Shown piece by piece: positions 25,353-36,255 of a stretch of DNA of 42,457 nt. A program made the position numbers and the translations under genes. The DNA is from Tubiluchus corallicola (taxonomy: Eukaryota; Animalia; Priapulida). The DNA lies in assembly GCA_030141605.1 (NCBI GenBank), contig JAQGDQ010001403.1, forward strand, positions 1-42,457, in the 5' to 3' direction. The notes beneath the pieces were generated by a model. The model was given only the letters and a program-made list of their open reading frames with translations, searched no databases and had not been told where the DNA came from. Each line of letters opens with the position of its first letter. The stretch's first letter is position 1.

Positions 25353-25762
25353 TATTCCACGAGTGTGTTGCACGTGTTTGCTAAAGCGAAAATTGAATTA
25401 CAGTGCTACTGTAGGATATTCAGTGTGTTGTACTAAAACTAGGCGCATTTTAAGATAGTAATTCAAATTTCAAATTTACCGCTGTGCTCTCACGTGAGTG
25501 TGCAGTACGTCACAAATGAACACATGATACAGCACCTGTTTTTTGTGCAACGTGTTTGCAAAATGCAGGCGTTACTGCCCGTCTATCTAGCGTATGGTGA
25601 AATGCATGTAACAGCGAGGAACTAGTGGCGCGATCGCAAATTGTGTTCGTGTTTGTAATAATTCTTTCACGTAAATTATTCTTGAAAAAATAGTATGTTT
25701 CTTTTCAATATTTCAAAGAGTCGGTTGTTTTGACCTACAGTTTAAGATTGTGTCCGGTTTTG
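25353..25762 (+). repeat. Unclassified dispersed repeat related to 6203-6613
   Basis: Colinear similarity, e.g. TTCCACGAG.GTGTTGCAC and AAAAAATAGTATGTTTC. Confidence 0.75.
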
Positions 25763-26120
25763 AATTAACGGTGACATACATTTATAATCACACACTTTCC
25801 AGCACTAATATGAGCACGGTAAGTTTGAAGCGCGCAACGTGAATGTACTTTTTACACAAACAAATAATTTTCAGTAGTACTTTATCATTTTATCTCTGCA
25901 ACTTATGGCAGCTGCTAAACTTATTTTAGATTTTCCTGAGATCTGAGATTTAAGGAGTTTCATGGGAAAGTGCCACTGATTCATTTTAGCAGGTTAACAG
26001 GCTACTTAAATTACCAGGCAAAAAAGATGCGTAATAACTTTTAAAGGAAGTTCTAAAACATGTTTCATTCATTGTGAAAAAATGCCGAAATATTTGGCTT
26101 TTTTTACTGCTGCTACACAT

Positions 26121-26358
26121 AATAATAATAATAATAATAATCTTTATTTAAAGTCGGCTTTTGGCTCAAAGAGCTGTTATCCCCGACTGTAAATAACAAC
26201 CTACAACTGCATAACAGAGACTATTATTACCCCACTTTTACCCTAAATACCACGCGTCGGGCAGGACAAAGTCTTTAATATTACCCGGCCGCTGGTTCGA
26301 ACTCACGACCTCCCAGACGGAAAGCAGACGCATTACCACTAGACTAAACCGTCTGGTC
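26121..26358 (-). mobile_element. tRNA-derived SINE, right arm only
   Basis: Minus strand A box TAGTCTAGTGG, B box GAGTTCGAACC, tail TTTAAATAAAG(ATT)n; empty site at ~15768 in left arm. Confidence 0.85.
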
Positions 26359-27104
26359 GCAAATGTTTATTCCTATAAATAGTAACTCTCGGTTTAGAAG
26401 CTGAATTTTTGCAATTTGAATTAGCACAAAAGTAATCATTTCTTAATAGATTGGTGCACCCTGCATTTGTACCTCGGATTATTAGAAAGTTTGATGGGTC
26501 GTCAGCAATTGAAACTCACTGATTGAATGACCGACCTAGTTTTCTTACTATAAACATTGAAAAAATTAACTTCTGCTGTTGAGTTAAATGCTAAATGTTC
26601 ATGTCCTGTTCATTTGTGTTTTTCATTGTGGCTTCCTTCTTTGGTCTGGCTTCTTCGTTGAAAGAAAAGTGGCTATGTTTCACAGATTCGTTGTGCGCAG
26701 TTGCTGCAGGTCAGAGGTTAAATCTACCACAGCAACGCGTCTTAACTACAACTCACCAGACGTGTGGGTAAAGCAAAGCTGTCTGCCGCATCAGTGCAGT
26801 AACTTCAGTTGCTTTATGCAGACTTTACTTAGTCTGTGGTTAGAGTGATTTACTAGCAGGATCTTGCTTGGTCAAAAGCGTTGCCTGATACGCTTGACCT
26901 TTGACCTGTTCACGATCATCATTTATCGCTGGAACTGTGAAAAGCCTTATTGATTTTTGGTGGCAGGTGGCAATGCACACCTGCGAGCATGATGAATTTC
27001 CAAGGAGGTGCTAATCCGAATCCAGTGTTTTAAATAATTGTGAAATAAGCTGATACAATGTGGAAACTATGCAGTTTGCCCACACGGACATGCAGTATCT
27101 AATC

Positions 27105-27476
27105 ATTGTGGGCAATGAAATAGGTGGGAGAGCTGTTACTGAATTACATCCATTGTAGATATTAGCCATACAGAATTCTAAAATAAAAGGAATCTGCCTT
27201 CAGACAGGGAAACACAGCAGTTAATCCCGCAAAAAACTAGACAATGCTACGCCAGTGGCTTGTCAGCACCACTTCCGTTAAACGGGTAATTAATCAAATG
27301 CTGATTGGCTAACAGGTATGACTAATATGAAAATCTTTCAGAGAATAAATATGTCATTTATGAGTTAGGCACACGATTATAAGATGTAAATTGTTTTTTT
27401 TGGGTGTGCAAAAAGGTGGGAGGACGTGTTGATTATTGTGGGCAATGAAATAGGTGGGAGAGCTGTTACTGAATTA
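27105..27476 (+). repeat. 330-bp right-arm-specific insertion bounded by a 42-bp direct repeat
   Basis: ATTGTGGGCAATGAAATAGGTGGGAGAGCTGTTACTGAATTA at 27105-27146 and 27435-27476, single copy in left arm (~14980-15021); 27171-27277 matches 11858-11964. Confidence 0.85.
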
Positions 27477-28289
27477 AACTTTGCCCACAATTATTAGGCC
27501 TGTTAGCTTTCTCAATCAAATAATAAAAAAACAATCATTGACAAGTCACGAGGAATTATATTGTAACATCTATACTATCAGGTACAATCACTGAATCAAA
27601 TAACATAATTATCAATACTGAAATAACATAATTATCAATATTAAAACACAGCGGAACATAGCCTGGCTAGCCCACAGGTCTAAATGTTCAAAGTAGAACT
27701 GTCGTACACACCTTAAATACAGAAAACTAGAACACTATTAATGTAAAAGGTCATTCAGAAGCAAATAAGTACAAGTAAGATTAGAGGGAAATTTAACCTA
27801 TATCAATGCTGTAACAAGCCTAAAAAGGAGAGAATGAGATGAATTCATTATGAAAGAGAGATGAGCAAGAAGACAGTGTAATATTTAAGTCAAGTTAATC
27901 AACACGAAGTAATTAAGGCGAACTTCGCGACAATCATGTTGATAACTTGGTACTAGATAGCAATGCACAGCAGCGCAAAAGTACTAGATTTTCAGAACAC
28001 TAAAACAAATTAATTACTTGAATTTGATTTGTGTTCGTGTTGAAAATTGGTGTGCTGTCGTTCCAGTTTAGTAAAATGTTCAGTTAACAATCTCTTGGTG
28101 ACTTGTATAGACCATGAGCTCTAAAACTAGCCTGCAGTTTCTCCTTTTGGGGTGGGGGGTTTGGCAAACTTGCAGCTTTAAAACTTTCCAAGCTAAAACT
28201 CGGAAAAACTATGGTATCATTACTTATATATTAGTATGGAAAAGATGTGAGCTTCTATTTGGATTGTTGGTTATCTTTTCTGAAATAGC

Positions 28290-29038
28290 GTGAAAAAGTG
28301 GACATCTGTCCGCATAACTTTTAAAAGCAAAAAATGAAAACAGTCAGTCAGTTATCTCGTGTAGGAATAATGCTCCTCCTTTGCCATAGTTGATGAAAAC
28401 AGCAGTAACCTGAAAAAGTGGACATCTCTTAGCTTCGCACAAGTTTTGAAAGCGAGCAACGAAAAGAGAATCAGTAACTTATCCCTTGTAGGGCTAATGC
28501 TCCTCCTTTGCTATAGTTAATGAAAGCATCAGTAACCTGAAAAAGTGGACATCTGTCTGCATCGCACAACTTTTCAAAAGCCAGCAGTAAAAACAGAATC
28601 GGTCGGTTATCTCGTGTAGGGCTAATACTCCTCCTTCTCTATAGTTAATGAAAACATCAGTAACCTGAAAAAGTGGACATCTGTTAGCTTCGCACAACTT
28701 TTGAAAGCGAGTAACGAAAAGAGAATCAATCACTTATCCCTTGTAGGGCTAATGCTCCTCCTTTGCTATAGTTAATGAAAGCATCAGTAACCTGAAAAAG
28801 TGGACATCTGTTAGCTTCGCACAACTTTTGAAAGCGAGCAACGAAAAGAGAATCAGTCTCTTATCCCTTGTAGGGCTAATGCTCCTCCTTTGCTATAGTT
28901 AATGAAAGCATCGGTAACCTGAAAAAGTGGACATCTGTTAGCTTCGCACAACTTTTGAAAGCCAGCAATAAAAACAGACTCGGTCGGTTATCTCGTGTAG
29001 GGCTAATGCTCCTCCTTCTCTATAGTAAATGAAAACAC
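28290..29038 (-). repeat. 127-bp tandem repeat, mirror copy
   Basis: Reverse complement of 13424-14172. Confidence 0.95.
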
Positions 29039-29340
29039 TGCACAGTCAAAACAAGCTGTTTTTATCAATTATCTTCATTTCTCAGCCCCAGCCAGCGCTG
29101 CTGCTACTGTATCTACTACTCTGTTGTAACTAGTGGACAGAACTCTTGTGAAACGTGTAACGCATCAAGTGCAGACAACATGGTGCAGCTACTTTGCTCT
29201 GCCACTCTATGCCAGATGTGCATTTATTTGCTGGGCAGAGCCAAATGCTCCAGCTGTATAACATACCATTAATGACAAAAGAATGTTTCCTGTGTAATGA
29301 GGGTTTTATTGCTCACGCATCTAATTATGTTTAGAGGGAT

Positions 29341-30385
29341 TACAAGTATTGCTCCTGCCCTTGGTATAACTGCAGAGTGTTACTAGTTTTGCTACTGCCT
29401 TTGAAGTAACTGCAGACTGTTACTAGTTTTGCTCCTGCCTTTGATGTAACTGCATACTGTTACTAGTTTTGCCCCTGCCTTTGAAGTAACTGCATACTGT
29501 TACCAGTTTTGCTCCTGCCTTTGAAGTAACTGCACACTGTTACTAGTTTGTTCCTGCCTTTGAGGTAACTGCATACTGTTACTAGTTTTACTCCTGCCTT
29601 TGATGTAACTGCATACTGTTACTAGTTTTGCTCCTGCCTTTGAAGTAACTGCAGACTGTTACTAGTTTTGTTCCTGCCCTTGACGTAACTGCAGACTGTT
29701 ACTAGTATTGCTCCTGCCTTTCAAGTAACTGCAGACTGTTACTAGTATTGCTCCTGCCTTTGACGTAACTGCAGACTGTTACTAGTATTGCTCCTGCCTT
29801 TGAAGTAACTGCAGACTGTTACTAGTATTGCTCCTGCCTTTGACGTAACTGCAGACTGTTACTAGTATTGCTCCTGCCTTTGAAGTAACTGGAGACTGTT
29901 ACTAGTATTGCTCCTGCCTTTGATGTAACTGCAGACTGTTACTAGTATTGCTCCTGCCTTTGATGTAACTGCACACTGTTACTAGTATTGCTCCTGCCTT
30001 TGATGTAACTGCATACTGTTACTAGTATTGCTCCTGCCTTTGATGTAACTGCAGACTGTTACTAGTATGGCTCCTGCCTTTGATGTAACTGCATACTGTT
30101 ACTAGTATTGCTCCTGCCTTTGATGTAACTGCAGACTGTTACTAGTATTGCTCCTGCCTTTGATGTAACTGCAGACTGTTACTAGTATTGCTCCTGCCTT
30201 TGATGTAACTGCATACTGTTACTAGTATTGCTCCTGCCTTTGATGTAACTGCAGACTGTTACTAGTATTGCTCCTGCCTTTGATGTAACTGCATACTGTT
30301 ACTAGTTTTGCTCCTGCCTTTGAAGTAACTGCAGACTGCTACTAGTTTTGCTCCTACCTTTGATGTAACTGAAGACTGTTACTAG
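29341..30385 (-). repeat. 40-bp minisatellite, mirror copy
   Basis: Reverse complement of 12077-13121. Confidence 0.97.
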
Positions 30386-30849
30386 GTGAACCCGCAGCTG
30401 AATTAGGTTTTGATTGCATGATAATCTTTCATGTAGTTGCAACAATTTGACTAAGACTTTTTTTGAGTGTTCAAACGATGACGTACACGGAACTCGTCGG
30501 AAGTGGTGCTGACAAGCCACTGGCGTAGCATTGTCTAGTTTTTTTGCTGGATTACTGCTGCGTTTACCTGTCTGAAGGCAGATTTCTTTTATTTTAGAAT
30601 TCTGCCTGCCCAATGTCTACGATAGACGTGACGGGCGTATGATGATGATGATGATGTACACGGAATGCTATTATCGGATCAGCTCTATTATCAACCGCAC
30701 GTAATTCAAGAATTACATGCTAACTCTAAACATGCTAGTGGAAATACCCCGAGTAATATTACTGCGTGTTAATCCACTTATAATAAATAAAGTTTATACA
30801 TGATTACGTTTTACATGCGTATATCTAATGATATGTGTAAGCAGGGAGT

Positions 30850-31718
30850 TGTAACTGTGGATTTCGATTTGAGTCTGTTGAACACTTTTTGTTGCACTAC
30901 CCATTGTATCAATTAGCTAAGGTTGTTATGTTTGATAAATTAAATGAAATACTTCTGCCCGAAAACCTTAATATAGCTGCCTTAAGAACTAACGATCTGT
31001 TGAAGTTGTTATTGTTTGGAAAAGATGAATTTAACTATGTTGCTAACTGTAAAACATTCCAATGCATACATGACTTTATATTACGTACTAAACGCTTCCA
31101 GTAGTTTCTATGAGATATGAAATGCATGAGTCTTAAATATTCGTACATTAATATTTTCTAACCGTCATTTTCTACTAATGTCTAATGTAATTTTATAGTA
31201 AAACTTGTCAGCCTGTGTAGTTATAGTCTATTCTTACTGTAAATGTTTTTGTAAATAGTGTATAAAGTCTGTTGTGGTGAGGATCTTAAATCATGTTGTT
31301 CAAACTGTCTGATCCAATCGTAAATAAATTATGTTTAAACTGAGAGAGAGAAAAAAGATGAATTTAACTATGTTGCTAACTGTAAAACATTCCAATGCAT
31401 ACATGACTTTATATTACGTACTAAACGCTTCCAGTAGTTTCTATCAGATATGAAATGCATCAGTCTTAAATATTCGTACATTAATATTTTCTAACCGTCA
31501 TTTTCTACTAATGTCTAATGTAATCTTGTAGTAAAACTTGTCAGCTTGTGTAGTTATAGTCTATTCTTACTGTAAATATTTTTGTAAATAGTGTGTATAG
31601 TCTGTTGTGGTGAGGATCCTAAATCATATTGTTCAAACTGTCTGATCCAATCGTATAATAAATTATGTTTAAACTGAGAGAGAGAGGGGGGGAGAGAGGA
31701 GAGAGAGAGAGAGAGAGG

Positions 31719-31756
<38 letters not shown>

Positions 31757-31876
31757 GGAGGGAGGGAGGGAGAAAGAGAGAGAGAGAGAGGTGTATAGAC
31801 TGTTGTGGTGAGGATCCTAAATCATGTTGTTCAAACTGTCTGATCTAATCCTATAATAAATTATGTTTAAACTAAC
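30850..31876 (+). mobile_element. 5'-truncated CR1/L2-group LINE with three 3' ends, mirror copy
   Basis: TSD TAAGCAGGGAGT at 30838-30849 and 31877-31888; ORF 30889-31104. Confidence 0.85.
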
Positions 31877-32957
31877 TAAGCAGGGAGTCCACTCAGAGGC
31901 TGGTAATAATTTTAAAACAACACCGATACAGCATCTCAATGTCGTGGCAGTACTTGGAGGTCATGGAGTGGGTAAAGCGTTGCAGCTGCAGCATCTCTGC
32001 TTAGCATCTGCTGCCATGCAAATGTGATGGGGAGGCTGAATTTTCCCAGCCCGCATCTTATTTTGTTTATCCAAAAGCCGTTGAGTTTGAAAGCTCAATG
32101 GTAAAAACCCTTGCAGCAGCTTGCAGGCGGTTTGTTGCTGCACGTTGATTTATTGATTTTTTCATGGTTGCTTCTTGTACCTGTAGTCTTAATTTTGTCA
32201 CTTGTTTGAATTAAACCAGCAGATTTTAACTTTATTAAGAGACTAAGTGGACTTGAGGTACTAAATCTTTGGTTCTGTTTCACTAATTTTAGATAAATCA
32301 GTGGATTTAGATAAATCTTCTCTTCCATGCTGTTTCTGTTATTAAGACCAAATTCTTTCAAGCAAAGTGAGCAAATGTTCAAAGATTACTTGCATTGCAC
32401 TTGCTACTGCAGTAAATATTGGTGAAAAAATTAGACAAAAATTATAAGATGAAGCTTTTTACAAAATAATTAAACTTAATTTAATAAGCTTACTGTTAAA
32501 TTGACAGAGATACGACAGTTATTAGCTGAACCTTATATAAAGGTTCAGTAGCATTCTAGTTTTATTTCCGTATTTCGTGCTTAAATTACAATGCTATGGT
32601 CGAAATCGGGACGTTTCAGAATTTTTAAAAAAAATCCGACCAAACTGTCGATCAATTGCTGAATTTCAGGAGGCTCCTAGCCATATCGGTAGTGTGGCAA
32701 CACTAACTCTGCTCTGTGAAATGAGTGTAGCTTTACATAAATGTTTGTCTAGGATTCTAGAATGAGTGAGTTTCAAACCTTCAACCGCCTGAGTAGAATG
32801 TTCTGGGCCGGCCAAAAGAGATTCCTTGAACTGATGTTCTAGGCCGGCCAAAAGAGATATCTTAAACTGATTCTTTGTTACCTTTATTTTTACATACAAA
32901 TTACTTGCATCTGTTGAACTGGTTAATTACTTATTTAATGAAGTTAATCAAGTTGTC

Positions 32958-33032
32958 AGATCATTTGTTTTTATTATTTTGTAGGTCAGTAAATGTGTCA
33001 TGGCATATAATCCAGGTATATCTCATCTATAG
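32958..33032 (+). pseudogene. Degenerate duplicate of acceptor and exon start, mirror copy
   Basis: TTTTGTAG|GTCAGTAAATGTGTCATGGCATATAATCCAGGTATATCTCA vs TTTCGTAG|GTCAGTAACTGTGCCATGGCGTACAATCAAGGTATATCTCA. Confidence 0.8.
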
Positions 33033-33435
33033 GCCTCCAATCAATTATAATGCTATTTTAATATACCTCTATGTGAATTAAACATACACTGTGGTCGTTT
33101 CTTCTCCTCTTTTCCTTCTTTCTATCCCTAATCTTACTATTTTTTTCCATTCCATCATCCTAACCATTCTTTCATTCACTCATCCTCCCTTCCCTTCCTT
33201 CTTCCTATCCCTAATCTTACTGTTTTTTCCATTCCATCATGTCTACTAATCCTAAACATTCTTTCAGTCACTCATTTGTGCCACCCTAACAAGCCAAGCT
33301 TTCAAGGTGTCATACAGCAACTCTTTTATTTCGTTAATTCGACTTCATCAACATTTTTTTTTACCTATACTGTTTCTTTTGTTTCAATAATATTGTATGT
33401 TGATGTATTGTATATGTATTGCTGGAGTGAAATAA

Positions 33436-33436
<1 letters not shown>

Positions 33437-33493
<57 letters not shown>

Positions 33494-33494
33494 A
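33437..33494. repeat. (TGAT)n microsatellite
   Basis: Mirror of 8964-9021. Confidence 0.97.
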
Positions 33495-33553
33495 TAGTAC
33501 TAGCTATTTGCTCATTTGTTGCAGTAAGATCATTTGTTTTTGTTATTTCGTAG

Positions 33554-33954
33554 GTCAGTAACTGTGCCATGGCGTACAATCAAGGTATATCTCACGCAGA
33601 TCTGTCCCTGTCGCATGACACGACGCTCGAAAAACAGTGTTCCATACAAACGTATCCTGTGTTGTCAAGGCAACTGCAGGGACACAAAGCTTACTCGAGT
33701 AACCAGTGCTATCCGATCATGTCGCCTCAGCACTCGGGAAACTACAGCAGTATGCCTTCGTCACCTTTTGAGGAACCTCAACGTATCGTGCACCACCACG
33801 GCAGCGTTCCGTCTTCTCCATTCGACGTTGTTCAGCACGGCAGCGTTCCATCGTCGCCGTTTGACGAAGTACTGTCGACCGGTCATAACGTCGATCCGCA
33901 CGTGTTCCAGTATCCCGAAGTACCGAATTACAGCAGGTCCAAGTATCAGCAACC

Positions 33955-33985
<31 letters not shown>

Positions 33986-34982
33986 TCGCAGAACATATCA
34001 TCACCAATGTCATCATCAGCATTGAGTCAGCAACAGTTGCATTCACCGTTGACTTCTCCCGTTAATCATCAAATGATTGCCCAGTATTCGCCTCATCAAA
34101 ACGCTCAACATTTCACCTTCGCTGTCAAAGAGGAAGTGGCGTCGCCTAGTTACCAAACCCAGTCACCCGGATATCACAACACCATGACACCACATACGCC
34201 CAGCAGTGCTCACAAACACACCCGCTTTATTTTCCCTCCCCCGGCGGATTTGACCGCAAGTGCCATGCAGACATTGGGAGGCATGGAAAACATGAATGGA
34301 CAGTGTCAAGCCACGAATATAGCCGCTCAACTCACTTCTTGTTCTTCGTTAGATATGCCTGGACAAGTAGAATTTCACAACCCGGCCGGCTCTAGCAGCG
34401 GGTACCAGACGACGATGATGCAACAGTCGCACGACACTCAAAACTTTCCCAACCCTGCTCAAGAAGTGCTTCTGTCGTCCGGAGATCAGTCCACTAACGT
34501 TTCCTACTCCGATGCGGATCCCGCGAACGCATATCAGGATAATTCCGTTGCGGGATCGTTTGGCAGCGCGGGTGTCGTTGCTTCGGTTCAGAGAACGGTC
34601 GGTCCGGACGACGCGCTGAGATTTCGGCACACGTCCGGCGACACGATGCTGAGTCAGATCAACTACGAAACGGACGTCCTGCAAGAAGGAGGGTTTGAAA
34701 TTCAAGTCAGTAACCCCACGAGCATCGGAGCGCTCGACACAACCACTCTTTTAGGCAACACCGTCTCGGCTCCGACTGCAGACGCGTCGTTTGGCGATCT
34801 GTTTAGCGAAGACGGAAACGCTAATCTGATCGACGGAAACGCTAATTTAATCGACGGAAATCAGGAATTATCCTTGTCGCCTCACGACTTTAATAACACT
34901 TCCTCGTTGTTTAGCGAAGGCGACGGCGCAAACAAAACGGAGACGGGGACGGATACGGAAGGAAGCCATTCGAGTCAGCCAG
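33554..34982 (+). CDS. Large coding exon, right copy (same translation as left)
   Basis: Acceptor TAG at 33551-33553, ATG 33569, phase-1 donor G|GTAGGG at 34982; ORF 33569-35062. Confidence 0.88.
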
Positions 34983-35844
34983 GTAGGGCACCTATTTACT
35001 TACCTGTTACTTGCATTGTGAAGCCCCTCATGATTCACATAAATTTCTTTCCAGCAAGCTAATTGGCATTCTGCCCAAGGTGTTTGTTATTGATGTTCTT
35101 CTTTCTAAAATATATGGTGACAAACTGAGTCATTAACGAGTTAAAAATAGAACTGTTATTAATCAGCTGCAATTCAAAATGTAGTCACTCCCTTTCAGCT
35201 TTTAAAAAACCGTCAGAAAAGAAATATTTCAGAAGTATTGAGATTAACACAGTTTGATAATGGTAATCACCTGCATTCTTTTTTCACAGTAATCTTAATC
35301 ACTTGACTATGCTCAACAGGTTACTGAACACTTTATAATCATGATCACAGTTTTTCTTAGTTCTCCCTCCATTTCATCTTTCGTTCACTACTCCCCCCAC
35401 TTTTATGTATGTATTATCATTATTTCAATTATTAATCATTTCTTTAAGATTTCCACGTACAGTTTGGCCTGTCAAGCTATGCTTTTAGGCTCAAACTGTA
35501 TGCATCAAAATTATTCTATAATGTAATTTGCACATGTATATGCTGCATAAATCTCTTTTGTAATTTTTGGATAATATTGCATTTATATTTATATTTACTT
35601 CAGTGAAATTATCTGTATTTTTATTATAACTGTTAGGTGCAGAGTGGAAATAAATAAACTTATAAGTTATAATGGAACTTAACGTTCATTAGGTTATCCA
35701 GTGTGTACAGAAATATGTGCAGGAACATCGACTTTTCATGCCTCTCGCTATTGTTTGAATTCGTTTTTTTCCAAAGTTTCAAACTATGCGCAAATTTTAC
35801 TCAAGTAACCAAAATTAAAATCTTGCAGCAAGCAAGTATTAAAG

Positions 35845-36255
35845 CAAAACCGGACCCAATCTTGAACTGTAGGTCAAAACAGTCTACTCTTTAAAATCTT
35901 GAAAGGAAACATACTATTTTTTCAAAAATGACTTGCGTGAAAGAATTGTTACCACACAAATGCAATTTCCCGTTCGGGCCACTAGTTCTTTGCTAGCATT
36001 TCGCCATTCACTCGTTAGACGGACAGTAGTGCTTGCATTTCGGAAATGCATTGCACAAAAAGCAGGTGCTGTACCTTGATGTGTTTTTCTGCGATGAACT
36101 GCACATGTTTGACAGCTGGCGCGTGAGTGCAGCGGTAAATTTGAATTTTTATGTTAAAAGTTGCCTAGTTTTAATAAAACACACTGAATATCTTACAGTA
36201 GCACTGTACTTCAATTTTCGCTTTCACAAACATGTGCAACACGCTCGTGGAATTT
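35845..36255 (-). repeat. Unclassified dispersed repeat, mirror copy
   Basis: Reverse complement of 6203-6613. Confidence 0.75.

Noticed and set aside
26285-26358. tRNA gene
   Set aside because: A and B boxes present but no convincing cloverleaf; continues into a SINE body and (ATT)n tail and is arm-specific.
26686-26767. Possible additional exon (TTTCACAG|...TGG|GTAAAG; mirror ~15359-15440)
   Set aside because: Splice signals are moderate, no recognisable protein, and phases do not join cleanly to the large exon.
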